From Blastocystis sp. subtype 4 (lineage: Eukaryota), in the NCBI RefSeq assembly GCF_000743755.1, contig NW_014569506.1:1-49730 (forward strand): a stretch of 49,730 bases of DNA. Direction: 5' to 3'. This document shows positions 27,077-39,935 of the stretch, piece after piece (position 1 is the stretch's first letter; each line of letters begins with the position of its first letter). The notes under the pieces were generated by a model. It was not told where the DNA came from, ran no database searches, and saw only the letters and a program-made list of their open reading frames with translations. The translations under genes and the position numbers were made by a program.

Positions 27077-27822
27077 CTAAAAAGAATCCCCTTTCTTCTC
27101 CTCAACGACCATCAATGAAGGTGTCGATTTCGGCTGTTCTTCTTCAGAAACAACGACTAAGCCACCTGAATTATCCTCTTGATTACTCTGCTCAGAAACA
27201 CAAATCTGTTCCGAAGCAGTTATCTCACTCTGTGACTCTTGTACAGCCAAACGAGCTGCTTCCTCACGTTTCTGTTGTTCTTCCTCTTCGCAGGCTTTAA
27301 TGAAAGCCTCATTATTACTCTTCCATGAGTCAAACGAAATTGTATTGCTAATAATCTAAATACTGAGATCCGAGAATCACAAATACATATTGAGCATATA
27401 ACGGCTTAAGATTGGTAATCGTTTTCATATCAAATCCCATATCTGTCAAACTCTGTTTCATCTCCTTTGTGATCTATCCAATCATATCCATGATCAAAGA
27501 AAACCATAAAGGCAACTTGTGCTGCCGCTTTCTCTTTCTTTCCATGGATAAGTCGGTCATATACGTTCTGCATCTTGTACTTTGTTTTCGCATAGGAAGA
27601 GGCGGCTGATACATAGAAACGACTATTTTCCCTCAAACATTTTGTATATAAATTCCATGAAGACTAAATAATAAGAAGCCACCCTTCTAAAGTTACACGA
27701 AATACATCTCCTTCAGCACTTGAAAAGGAACTCCAAAAATATGAATCAAAAGATGTCCGTTTCCAGACAACTTTCTGATTCTTTACAAGTGACTTGAGTA
27801 AGGAGCCAGTACACTTGAACAT
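27077..27822 (-). CDS. Hypothetical protein, possibly organelle-targeted
   Basis: Basic N-terminus MFKCTGSLLKSLVKNQK, spliced segment VAFMITKEMKQSLTDMGF...LKP, acidic C-terminus, TAG 27079-27077. Start uncertain. Confidence 0.6.
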
Positions 27823-27939
27823 TTCTTTGAGGAGAGTATCTGAGTAGCAAGATGATCCCAACATTCTTTCAAGTATAATCACCATATCATTTCCACATTT
27901 CGTTGCCATTCTCTTATACCCCATTCGGTCAGAAACACA

Positions 27940-28946
27940 ATGCTTACTGTATCGGTGAGAAAGACAAGCGAGAGAATAGTATCTGCATCTCTTCGCATGT
28001 TTAGTGCTGTCTCTGGTCCGAAGAAACCAATTCATCACCACAAGGATTGTCCGCCTTCAGAAAGAAAAATCCGAAGAGATAATGAAAAGAAAGCTCGACA
28101 ACAAGTGATTGAGCAATGCAAGAAGCTAGACGAGGAAGCTGCTCAATCTGGATTGGAGAAGCAATGGATCTGTCGTTTATCCCTGTATTTGGATGAGAAT
28201 GATGCCTGATTCGTAGTATTGTGGAGCGACAGCCAATTGTATTTGGAAAACCACCTGAATGGTATACAAAGTTTGAGGAGATTCGAGAGAAGCGACGACT
28301 GGATAAGCAAATGCCTCCTTACAACAAGATTGTCGACAGCATCCTAAATGACAAAGAGGAGAATATTTCCAGTGATACCAAGGATGATATTGTTAAGGTC
28401 GTTGGTTTTGAATTACATGTAGGAGATGCAAAAACTACATGAAGCAAGTACATCTGATATCACTCCTGCAGATAAAGCAAATGACCGAACATCACTTCTG
28501 AGAAATACACCTGGTTTCCTGTATCTGATGATACACAATGCTTCGGGATGGGTGTTTCCTTCTCTCGAATATGATGCAGAAAAGTATAAGACGACGCGTA
28601 AAGTTGGTATTGATTCTCAATCATTCCTTGTAGGCTCTAGAACGTCTGGCTGTGGCTACATATGGAAAGGACTTACAGCTGTATTTCTGGGGTTATCCTC
28701 CTTGTTTCCACACTGCGTAGTGTTATCATGTCAATTTCATGGTTAGAAGAAAGTACTCATCTGAGGAGCAGGAAAAGAAGAAGGCATTCGGGGAGAAGGT
28801 ATTCTATTACCGCGCAGCTCGTCTCATCGGTGATGTTGAACTCCTTCCTTCTGCTGGGAAGGAGTTCAATTGGATTACTCTGAAGGAGTTCCCAGAGTAC
28901 ATAAAGGATGACAATTTAATCAGTCTGTTTAATCGGGTTCTAGAGT
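27940..28946 (+). CDS. MRPL46: Mitochondrial ribosomal protein mL46-like; probable poly(A)-made stop
   Basis: Presequence-like N-terminus; VERQPI, ITPADKANDRTSLLR..LYL..WVFP, GEKVFYYRA, FNWITLKE. Ends RVLE-T(28946)-gtct-TGTTTTAT; genomic stop otherwise at 28978. Confidence 0.8.
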
Positions 28947-28988
28947 GTCTTGTTTTATTCATTCAAACAAACATATAAACCCTTTCGA

Positions 28989-30618
28989 CTAATAACGGTT
29001 CTCCGGATTTCGCATCCAAGGAGTGTTCAAAGGCTGATTACGTTGACTGTATGCATAGTATCCTTTCGCAGCATTTTCCATATTCTGTTGAGGAACTTCC
29101 ATACGCTCCATCATTCCACGATTCGTAGGCATTCCATTACCATACGAATCAGATTGAGGAGTACTTGCATTCACAGCAGGTCGAGCGTCAAACATTCCTG
29201 GAGCATTCTGTTTCGGATAGTTCTGTTGTGGGTTATGGCCCATCATAGTTCGTCTAAACCTAACACTTCAATCAAATATTTACGGATATCCACCATACAT
29301 ATATCCTTGACTGTTAGGATACGAAGCATAGGCCATAAATGGTACATTACCCTGCTGGCCATATACCATAGGATTCTCATGATTCATTCCAGTTACCTTA
29401 TCATTGGGAGTCGTTGTATCGGAGGGAGGATTGATTCCTTGAACTTGTTGAACAGGACGAGAGAAATTCTTATCAGCTGGAACACCCGAGTAGACAGGAG
29501 GAACCTGAATCCCAGTAAAGGAAGCATCTTGATTCATTCCAGGAGCAGGATAATAATCAGGGAAGAAGACATGAGGCTGAGGATAGCCAGGATACATATT
29601 AGGATAATAATACTATGATCATATCTCATTCAATCCACTTACTCCGTACATATTATTGTACTCAACATCATTAACTGGAGCAGGAACTGTTGTTGTTTCT
29701 AATTCACATCCCATCTCAACTCTTACCCTCCTTTGGCTTTGCAGGTTCAGAGGCAGTATCAGTCTCAGGAGATGAAGTTTGCACAGCAGGAGCAGTGGCT
29801 ACACCGATCGAAATGGGGGCTCCAATCGACACCGAGGCAAAGGCACCCAAACTGAATTCAGCAGGTTTGTGGTGCTGGACCTTCTTCACGACACGCTTCG
29901 TCTGCTTCACCATTCGTGGGGCTGGCGCTTCAGGAACCTCAGTGCTCTTCTCAGGCTCTGGCTCTGCTACGACAGTAGCTGGGGTCTCTTCAACCTTCTC
30001 GACAGGAGCAGGCTCTTCTGGAGCTGGTTGAACCTCCGGTTGTTCAACCGGAGTAACAGGCTTTTCCTCCACAACTTCAGGCAAGACAGCTTCAGCCACT
30101 TCCTCAACAATCTCCTTGATTATCGGCTCCTCTGGAGATTCAAGAACAACTGCCTCAGGACGTTGAGGGGTAGGACGGGGCCGACGATCTCTGCCTCGTC
30201 GATTCTGAGGTCGGGGATTTCGACGACCTCGATGACTACGTTCCGTTTCGAATCGAGCAGCCTTCTTCTGTGACTACCATTCAAGAACCAAAGAATAGGG
30301 TACCTTTTGGGAACGAGAAAGAACCGGAGTCCAGTCGTCCTTCACACCATCTTCCCACAATTCTGCCACTTTTCTCTCAATTTCCATCATATTTCCATCA
30401 CAAGAATAGATGATTTCCAAAAGCAAATCCTTTGACGTCTTTTCTGGAACCGTGGACAGAATACTTTTATACTACAGGAATTAGCACTAACTCTGCAAAG
30501 AAAGACCTACAATACGTTCCGCTTTCCCACTTGACAAAGTTCTGCTCGGAGCAATGAGTTCCTTCATCCTCTCCGCTTTTCTTTTCATTTCTTCATTTAC
30601 AGGGGGATTTGATGACAT
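28989..30618 (-). CDS. UBA/CUE-like N-terminal domain protein with Arg-rich, acidic/Pro-rich and Q/Y/P prion-like regions (UBAP2L/Def1-like architecture)
   Basis: N-terminal helical domain (LLLEIIYSCDGNMMEIE...WEDGVKDDWTPV), RGRR-rich segment, PE-rich segment, YPGYPQ-rich tail. Motif on - strand 28973-28966. Confidence 0.6.
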
Positions 30619-30815
30619 ATGTACCTCTATCAAGTAAGATCCTTAGCCACACGAGCTTCTACAAAACAATTAAAAGAGGTTCATTCGTTCTTCATTACCT
30701 ACACTTTTATATATTCGAATGACAACGAATCTTGATAATAGTGAAAGTGACCAAACCGAAAGTAACTCCCACTACCTAGAAATATTCAACAAACATTGAA
30801 CTGGTAAAAGACAAC

Positions 30816-31952
30816 TTAACCCATCATAACTTTCGTTCCAAAACCAACACGGGTGGCATTCTGGAAAACACTATGATCCACCGAAATGGTCATAAGCAAT
30901 GTAGGTGTCACATACTCCTCCTATAATCACATTTTACAATGAAACTCACAATAAATGTCTGAAGACGTCCAGATGATGTTAGTGTCATATGTAGTTTGCC
31001 TGACTTGAACAGATAGAGACAGCCTATCTGCATCTCGCTCATACGGTTATTGAAATCAATCGTCAACTTCGAAACCAATTTCGTTCGCTTTGAAGGAGAA
31101 TTCACATAAAACATTTCCATTTGCTTCAGAGAGGAAAGAGTACAACCTGGGATCATACCATCTAATTACGTCCTACCAAACATATCCGTGCCCAGAGCAT
31201 ATTTGCCTGCAATACTGTAGGCAAGACCAGCACGAATTGGATTACGTGTCACCTCCATTCCTAATGTCAGATTCTTCATAATGTACTGAGAATAAGTTGC
31301 ACTCAAAACAGACCCAGAGGAAGCCTTGGCGCTGAGATGGTAATCCTATACGTCATACCGATTCTATGCTCCAACAGGTCCCTTATAATGAACTTCTGCA
31401 GAGAAATTGTCTTGCCCGGGCATTCGTGAAGTCTACTAATCAATTCCCAAATCAAAATCGACCAAAGCGTTACAAATTACATTCCATTGCTTGTTAATTG
31501 GCCATACAAATCGACCTGCAACACGTCCAGTGGAATCCAATGTGGCGTTAAAATTCTTCTACACCTCATAACTACTTTCCTGTCCCACGCGTTGACGGTA
31601 CACATCAATAGACAGATTGTAAAGCGAATTTCCCATTTCCCTAGGGAAATACTGTGATCCAAGCATTAAGCTAGATATGATGTGGAATCAATTCAGAATG
31701 TACGAATGAGTCATTGTGAAGAATGGAGTTACTTGTTTCATAATCTCTGCTCGAAAACCATCCATAGCGTCGAAGAGAAGGACATTCTTCGCATCTGCAA
31801 ACATATTGTCATATGTTCCAGGATACTCTCTTTCTGGACGCTGATTCGATGCGTTTGGAGTCTGGGGTGCAGGTGTCTAAGGAGAATTCCTCCCTCCGAC
31901 CAATTCTTACTTCATTGATGATAGGAGCCTGGTCCATTTGGTTTGGTTCCAT
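30816..31952 (-). CDS. TOM40: Outer-membrane translocase channel Tom40
   Basis: PGTYDNMFADAK..DGFRAEIMKQVTPFFTMTHS, EVHYKGPDY, ATYSQYIMKNLTLGMEV, terminal beta-signal RVGFGTKVMMG-TAA. TGTTTGTT 30795-30788. Confidence 0.85.
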
Positions 31953-32034
31953 TTCTAATGCTATGATGGATTTCTGGGGAAAATGAAACGAGGCGAGAAA
32001 AACGGTTATCTGAGAGTAGTAGCGAATGATGTAC

Positions 32035-32042
32035 AACAAACA
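32035..32042 (-). terminator. TGTTTGTT 3'-end motif (MTHFS)
   Basis: AACAAACA on + strand; T32047 plus 4-nt spacer. Confidence 0.85.
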
Positions 32043-32046
32043 AGAA

Positions 32047-32726
32047 ATCTATTTCGCTCATAGATCTTAGAAGCTGTAACAACCATATCTAGTGGGATAT
32101 CTAGCGAATTACAAGGGACCTGTTCAATAACTTGTTCATCAAAAGCAACACCCTAGAAGGTGATTTGGAAGAAATTATTATACAATCAGTATTGGATATG
32201 CCACCTGGTTATTTTCACACCAGTTATGTAAGAATTCGAAACATCGATCTACAAATCACCATTCAAATCTATAAATACCATAGTATCCCTTTCCATGACC
32301 CAATCGCTGACATTTGGCATCAAAAGCCACTCCTGGAACAATAATCACATCCGGTGTCAATTCTGGATGAAGAAGCATGCGATGAACATCATCCAGAGGT
32401 GGGATTGGGATTCCCCATTTGTCAAGAGGAAGAGAGTCAACAGTTGCCGAGGATTCGAGCATTACCAACTCGAATTCGCAATCTGAAATAATTCTCGGTA
32501 CAAGAATCGTTCGATTGTTTTCTGTACAGTCATCCATGATAGGTCGAGTTTCCACTTCCGTTTTCATAGACAGGAACAAGGCAACATTTTTTGCATTCTT
32601 ATATGCAGGGATTCCTTGTAATATCTTTAAAACATGCTCACTCTGAGATAACCGTGCACTCGGACTAATGGACTTGAGAATCTTTGCCATTGATCTCCGA
32701 ACTTCAGGTTTCGTTAATACCGACAT
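32047..32726 (-). CDS. MTHFS: 5-formyltetrahydrofolate cyclo-ligase; stop made by polyadenylation
   Basis: KPEVRRSM, FLSMKTEVET, DKWGIPIP, DVIIVPGVAFD..RLGHGKGYYD, EQVIEQVP...DIPLDMVV. Ends ERNR-T(32047)-ttct-TGTTTGTT. Confidence 0.92.
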
Positions 32727-32755
32727 AAAAAACAAAAAATAATTGAAAAGATAAT

Positions 32756-35700
32756 TTACACAAGGGATTTACTCACTACATCAAACAAACGTCGTTCCTT
32801 CTCCGTGAATGGTTGGAGATAATCGTCTTTAAACTCTTCAGAAACGAAGGATGCTAAATAACACTACGAATGATTCCATCACCAGAAACCGACGATTATG
32901 TGATATCCGATCATCCGATACTGAACCAATGGACATCGAATTGTCAGAAGAAGAACATTCTTTATGGTTCGACTGCTGGTCAGTTCTCGAGGTGGAACTA
33001 AACGCATTACCGACTTCAAGACAAGTAACTGCATCTACTTATCAACAATGTAATGAAGGAGTACAAAAAGTGTTGGTGAAGGAGAAAATGAGTCTGGATC
33101 GATCTTACTCAGATCAGCAATGATCGATTGAAGGAGAAGGATCTGATCGGAGGAAGAGATTAATGTTGCCCAGAAGGAAAACAGAAGAGGATAGTGTTGG
33201 AACTATACATGAGAGAGGAGTGCAAATCCCACGATGATAGTTGAGGCTGATTTCATCACAGTGGAGTAATGAGAATAGTCACAATACTGATGGAGCTGGA
33301 GAGCAGAGAGCAGTAACTGGATAGTGACTTCAATATTCTGAATATGAGAAATGGAAAGCATTCCTACAAGCGAACACACGGTAGCATGCTGGAGAGTATC
33401 ACAAATACGATGAAACAGAATCTCGAGATCCTTTCCTTGGAGAATACTGTTAGCAAGAGATTCGTACTGAGCCACAGTAATGAGAGTTTGGTTCCTGGAA
33501 TAGACTGGTTGTACTGTTGGATGAGCGACAAATGAAGTACGTGAAGAGACTGGCTTAATCGAGGTTAAAGGAAGTGGCTCATCAATGTCCTCATGTGTAG
33601 TATCAGTATCAGCATCAACCATTGATACACCTGTCAAGGATGTGTTTTGCAAATTCAACACAGGGCGAGAGAGAGAGAGACGAGATGAAACTGATGATCG
33701 TATCTCACTCGGATACGAAGTATCCGATGAGGAAGTGCCTGAGGTCATTCGACATGCACGCATGAGTTGATCCATTTCAACTCCCATTTTCTCACGTTGA
33801 ACGAAATCAATGAAAGTAGATCGTTTGCTTGCAGGGAGTCTTCGTAGTGCAGTGAAGATGGCATCATACTGAAGAAGTGTCTTCAACACTTCCTTTAGCA
33901 ATCGTGTGACTGGAGTAGCATCCATCAGAATCAGCACATACAGCCCTTCTAACAAAGAATACGTAACATCGGCTTGTTGGAGAATCCCTTCGTCCACAGT
34001 TAGAATCATGGTTGTAAAGCGTAGTAACATACACACAAGATGAACATTTCCAGAGGAATATCTCTTGATGATCACCGTAAGAATTGACGTATTCAAGCTT
34101 CGATTCTTCATTTCAATAAAGGCTGTGATCAAATCAACCACTTGTCTACTGTGTGTGTTCTCACTACTCATAAACCCTTCACCCAATAAGTGTCGAATGA
34201 GATTCGTGATAGATGAATTGGTAGACACAGTAACACACTGTTGAAGAAGAAGTAAACACTCTAGACTTGTCGTTGTCACACGAGCAACATTCGAATCCAC
34301 AGTCAATGAAAGATTAACTAGAATCTGGTCAAACGATAGATTGAAGAGTTGTTGAGTCAGTGTATCCCCATCAACCACCTCCCCCTCATGCGCCTTCAGC
34401 CAATGTTCCAATATCACCTTCACACCTCGAAGGACCTCTTGTTGATCTGTCCAAGTTAATGATGGGAGTTGAATCAGACGTCGCTTCTCACGAGCCTCCA
34501 GGTCCTCCAATGTCGTTAATCCTGGAGTTGAGAGAACAGGTGAAGTGAGATGTCCTACTCGAGATGGAAGTGGAGATGTCTCTGAACTCAGTTATGATAG
34601 AAACACGTACGAAAGAGTCGTCGACCTGAAGGAACTGTGGTCACTCGTTGAGGTCCCTTCAAGGGAGAGAGACCGACACGAGAAGGAGAAGGGCTTGATG
34701 GATTGGATGCACGAATCTTCACAGGAGTGAATGTCCGTGTAGGTTCTGGCCACTGAATGGGTTTTGACATAAAATCAGGTAGAGTCTGGTACATCTGAAA
34801 TAATCCTAATCCATCACTCCTACATGGTGATACTTCCGAAGATCTGTATGTAACAGATTGAGAGCTGCGGGACTCATCGAAGCCTCTTGTTGAATAGAAA
34901 GCAAACTATGAATTGCTTGTTGGACTAGGCATCATCCACATTCACTACACAAACCTTGGTCCTCATCGAGCTCATTGGCTGCTTGCAGGTCAGGAAGTGA
35001 TGGGAGCAAGCGACAATATGCCATACAGAAGACGATTCGAGATGCTTCCCGAACTTCACCTGTACGATCTTTCAATCCTGTCAATACGATCTGAAGGATA
35101 TCAGATTGCTTCGATGTCACGTAGTCCAGATTCCAACAACGGACTGCCTCCCCTATGCAATGCATCAGCACAAGACGTGCAGTGGCGTGGGATACTGTAT
35201 AGAAGAACGACAGTATAGTGGAAAAGAGACTGCTGGAATGTAAACAACTAGTGACGATCCCTATCATTGTCTTCTCTGCCGCGACTGCCATAGATCGTTT
35301 GGAAGACTACATATCAATCCAAATGTCAACAATGACGATACAACAGTCAGTCAACCCTTGCCATAAGGAGATTGATACGCCCTCAAAGTCATCTTTGCAG
35401 ATTGTCGCCCACAAAGTAATTGAGTTGAAAGCAGCTTGGACCTATGAATTACCACACGACAGAATAATCACAACAACAGATCGAGAACTTTTGAGGTTAT
35501 TCATAATTAATGGAATGAAATCTCGAAGAAGAGAACAGAAAACAAGTGGTTTCTCTCGATAGTCCTTGGCTAATGTCTAGAACATCAAACTACTATCACA
35601 GACCGACATCTAAGAGTTGATAACCCTCGATAATTAAATTTTGGTCATTATCTCCTTTTGAGAGCTGATTCCGCGCAGCGATCGCTCGTTTCCTTTCTTC

Positions 35701-35930
35701 GTTCGTCAATTCCTTATTCTCAGCTAGTGAATTGCGTGTTGAACTAGGATTTGACATGGTCTCAAGAAACGATTGATCATGATAATCTGGTAGAAACAGT
35801 CCTAAATGCGTTTTCATCATGTCATAAAACGATTTCAAGACTATTCTTGTCGTTATACACTTGTGGGAAGAATCTCATATTATCCTCCATTCATTCTCAG
35901 CATCTCATAGAAACGAGAAGATCTGTCCAT
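32756..35930 (-). CDS. CLASP-like TOG/HEAT microtubule regulator
   Basis: CLASP_N-like MAVAAEKTM...GLKDRTGEVREASR, Ser-rich linkers, a second HEAT block, and a C-terminal CLIP-ID-like end (YLQPFTEKERRLFDVV). TAA 32758-32756. 5' end uncertain. Confidence 0.65.
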
Positions 35931-36057
35931 GTGCAAGGACAACTCTTCTCTATCATAGTGATTGGCCTCTATGATAATCAACACATATAACTGTACAGTG
36001 ATCAAAGAACAAGAAAGCACAAAACTCAACCTATTGCAACTTTTTGGCTTCTCAGAT

Positions 36058-37949
36058 ATGAGCTTCGGAAAATTCAATTGTAGGTGGTGGTGTTTGTACA
36101 TATGAAGCGAACTAACCTAATCTAGCGTCTGCTGGGGAATTCACTCCTTCTTGGGCTAAAAAGGATATTGCATCTGTCCCTTCTTTTACTCCATCGTTTG
36201 CAATGGGCACTACTCCGATGGGAATGCAACAGCCCGCAAATAGAGTTCCCACAATTACTACGAAGAAGCCTCTGACACTCAGTTCTCTTGGTGCTGGTAA
36301 CGTTGGTTTCGGAGGTGCAAAATCTGTTTCTCTGAGTGCTCCAAAGACTGCTTCAGCTGCACCTGCACCTGCACCTGCAAGCACTGCTGTGAAGGAGACT
36401 GCTCCAGAGAAAACTGTTCCTAAGAAGACTACTCCTCCCACTCCCACTGAAGAGAACACAACGCCTGTAGAAGAAACTATTTGCGTCGATACCCCTGAAG
36501 AGGTTGAGGAAGTTTCAACCACATCTGTCCCTTTTTAATTCCGTTGTCATGTGTAGGTGAAAGCATATACGATGGATGAGATTTTGGCCCAAGAAGATCC
36601 TCGAGAAAACATCAATGTTGTCTTTATTGGTCATGTAGATGCTGGAAAGTCAACAATCTGTGGTAGTATCATGTATACTACGGGAATGGTGGATAAGAGA
36701 ACAATTGAGAAGTTCGAACGTGAAGCTAAGATCCGTAACAGAGAGAGCTGGTTCCTTGCCTATATCATGGATACGAATGAAGAAGAGCGTGCCAAGGGTA
36801 TCACTGTGGAAGTAGGTCGTGCCTACTTTGAAACAGAACACAAGCGTTTCACCGTGCTGGATGCTCCAGGTCACAAGAACTATGTCCCTAACATGATTGC
36901 GGGTGCTGCCCAAGCTGATGCAGGAGTACTTGTCATCTCTGCTCGTAAGGGTGAGTTTGAGTCCGGATTTGATCGCAGTGGTCAGACTCGTGAGCACGTC
37001 TTGTTGGCTAAGACACTGGGCGTCAAGCGACTCATTGTAGTCGTGAATAAGATGGATGAAGAGACTGTGAACTGGTCACAAGAGCGTTATGATTCGATTG
37101 TCACCCGTCTTTCTCCCTACCTCAAATCCGTTGGATACAATGTTCAACGAGATGTCACATTCCTTCCTATCTCAGGTTTGAAGGGATATAACTTGAAGGA
37201 TCATGCTCCTGAAGGTGTTTGTCCGTGGTACACAGGTCCTTCTCTCTTTGAGATTCTGGATGCCATTGAGATTGGTGGACGTGATGCCAATGGTCCTCTC
37301 CGACTCCCTGTTCTGGATAAGTTCAGTGATCGTGGTTGTATGATCACAGGTAAGGTGGAATCGGGTCGTCTGGTAGGAATGAGAGTGAAATATGATGGTA
37401 GATTGTTGGTAACAATGTCCTACTGATGCCAAATAGCCGTCGTGCTGAAGTGATTAGTATTACCATCAACGACAAGGAAGTGATTAGTGCCAAACCTGGT
37501 GAGAATGTGAATGTGAAACTGAAAGGTATTTCAGACACCAATGTCTTCCGAGGGTAGGAGATGAGGAAGGAAATAATGAATAGAGATATCATTTGTCATG
37601 AGGATCTTCATATTCATGCAGTGAAGGAATTCGAGGGTCAGTTGGTATTATTGGAATTGCTAGAGAATCGTCGTATTTTGACTGCAGGCTACAGTGCTGT
37701 GATGCACATTCACACTGCAGTTGAAGAAGTAGTGATCACGAATCTTATCGCTGAGCAGGATCGTAAGACTGGTGAGCAGAAGAAGAATCCTCGTTTTGTG
37801 AAGAGCAACAGTATTGTTATTGCTCGTTTCTCTTTGTCTCGTCCTGTTTGCATGGAGACATTCGAGTCAATGCAGCAATTAGGACGTTTCTCTCTGCGTG
37901 ATGAAGGAAAGACCATTGCCATTGGTAAGGTGATGAAGATTATCAGTTA
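36058..37949 (+). CDS. GSPT1: Translation release factor eRF3 (GSPT/Sup35); stop probably made by polyadenylation
   Basis: PAM2-like FNSSAGEFTP after 46-nt intron 36080-36125; NVVFIGHVDAGKST, RESWFLAYIMDTNEEERAKGITVEVG, DAPGHKNYV, NKMD, GRFSLRDEGKTIAIGKV. Ends MKIIS-TA(37948-37949)-tcaa-TGTATGTT. Confidence 0.93.
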
Positions 37950-37985
37950 TCAATGTATGTTGCAAACAATTCATACTAAACAAAC

Positions 37986-38935
37986 TCAGTCTATTCTTCC
38001 CTGACCATTTGGAGAAACCCGAATTCCATTCTTATGCATGTCTTTGATGAAATCTTGATAGATGAGAGAATAGGAGGGAGAGAGATAGCCACGATGTTCA
38101 TCCATGGTATAATACTCTAATAGCTTTGGAGGAGGACGAGTACGAATAGGATATGGTGCCTCAAATTTCTCAGGTTTTAGGAGCAATCGAAGAGCCAAAC
38201 GGTTGAAATGGGAACAGACAATCTAGATTACACCTGATTCATTTCTCTTACCTGACCTCCGTTCTTCTCAACAGTTGCAATTGCTTCCTGGCTTGCTTTG
38301 GATACATCAATTCGAATCTTTGAGTGGAAGTTCTCTTTCCCCTAGAATGGTACAAATAAGATAGTAGATACATCAGCAAGGAGCTTCACACCAAATCGAA
38401 TCTTTGTAACCAGTCCAGAGTCATGTAAATCCTTCATGGTGATTACACGAGAAGTGTCGATGCGACCAGCATCAATCCATTGTTGAAGACGTCCCAGATT
38501 CAGAGGCTCCATTGGCCTGGCATGACTAGAGGTAAACCAAGGACACTATTAGAACGGATTCTTAAATCCAACCTTCGGAACTCTCCGGTACAATGGAGTT
38601 TGACCACCGATGAAACCGACATATGGACCGTGACGATTAAGAGAAACCTCATTAGACACTCCATTTCATCAAGGATATGGGTCCTGAACGTGCATTCTGT
38701 CCATGTTTACCTCTACCAGAAGTTGTACCGTGTCCTGAAGCATTTCCACGTCCTACTCTCGTTCTCAGCTTCTTTGCTCCTTCATTATCTCTATTCAGTA
38801 ATTTCAAAACAAAGTGTCACACTTTAGGGTATTCAACTTGACAGCTGAAAAAGAACGAGATACGAATAGCAACTGAGATGCTGTGTTGACTAAACTCCTC
38901 TGAATTATGGAGACCCTAGAAAATGCGGTCAACAT
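37986..38935 (-). CDS. MRPL15: Mitochondrial ribosomal protein uL15m
   Basis: Presequence MLTAFSRVS..., [66 protein letters not shown] 37988-37986. Confidence 0.9.
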
Positions 38936-39015
38936 GACTATCTATCTCAAATGACACGACTATGGGATCCCCTGTTTTTGTCAGTATGTTCTGTCTCTTT
39001 TAAAGAAAACCAAGT

Positions 39016-39914
39016 ATGGCACCTTTCTATTATTGTTATCGTTGTAAGTAAGTAATGGAACCCCACATTGTAACGGTGTAGAAAGAATGTGTCAGCTCAT
39101 GAACAAACTGATGGGAACTATATGTGTGATGAGGTTATTGTTACCATTTGGTCTTACTTCCAGTGTCATAGTCCTTTTGTAGAGATTCGTGATGCTCCAG
39201 AACCTCAACGGATTCCTTTTACAGGGTATTCTCTCGTTTGCTATTTCTTTCCTAGAACCATTCTTTTAGGTCCAAATGCTCCTCAACCTACTTCAGTGGA
39301 AAGACTACCGAATGGTGGATTCACAATGACATTCACGAATACAGGAGTATCTGAGTGATCACTTACTAATTCATAGCCTATGGAAGGTCGTGTTGGAATG
39401 AACTTTATCAACTCGTTGGTCCTCTTCTTGTTCTCAACTGTAGAGTCCTTGGACAGTTATTCCATATCGGTCCTGATATTTCCGCTGGAGACTACTATCA
39501 AGGTAATCTTGAACAATTGTTGAATGTTCTTATGCAAAATGATCCAAATCATGTAGGAACTGGAATTAGTATTAATAGTAGTATGGCCCTCCTCCCACTT
39601 CGCGAGATTTCATAAAGAATATGGTTCATCGACATCCTACTGCATCTGAAATGGGTTTGAAATGGGTTACACCATCATTTGTAGCAAACAGTCCTGTATG
39701 TGCTGTCTGTGAAGCCGACATCACGAAAGACGATACAATTGTATGTTTGCCTTGTAAACATCTATACCATCCAGATTGCATTATTCCATGGATCAAACGA
39801 GTAGATGATAATGAGTAAACTCAGTTGTAGCATAACACTTGTCCAACATGTCGTGCTGAACTTCCAGCAAGTACATCTGATGATGAGAATTCCGATGGTA
39901 ATACAAATTCTTAG
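39016..39914 (+). CDS. RING-H2 E3 ligase, RNF115/RNF126-like
   Basis: N-terminal zinc ribbon YYCYRC...CDECHSPFVE, GDYYQGNLEQLL, GPPPTS, RING CAVC...[26 protein letters not shown]; TAG 39912-39914. Confidence 0.88.
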
Positions 39915-39923
39915 ACTCTTTGT

Positions 39924-39931
39924 AACAAACA
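39924..39931 (-). terminator. TGTTTGTT 3'-end motif (SCNM1)
   Basis: AACAAACA on + strand; T39936 plus 4-nt spacer. Confidence 0.85.
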
Positions 39932-39935
39932 AGAT

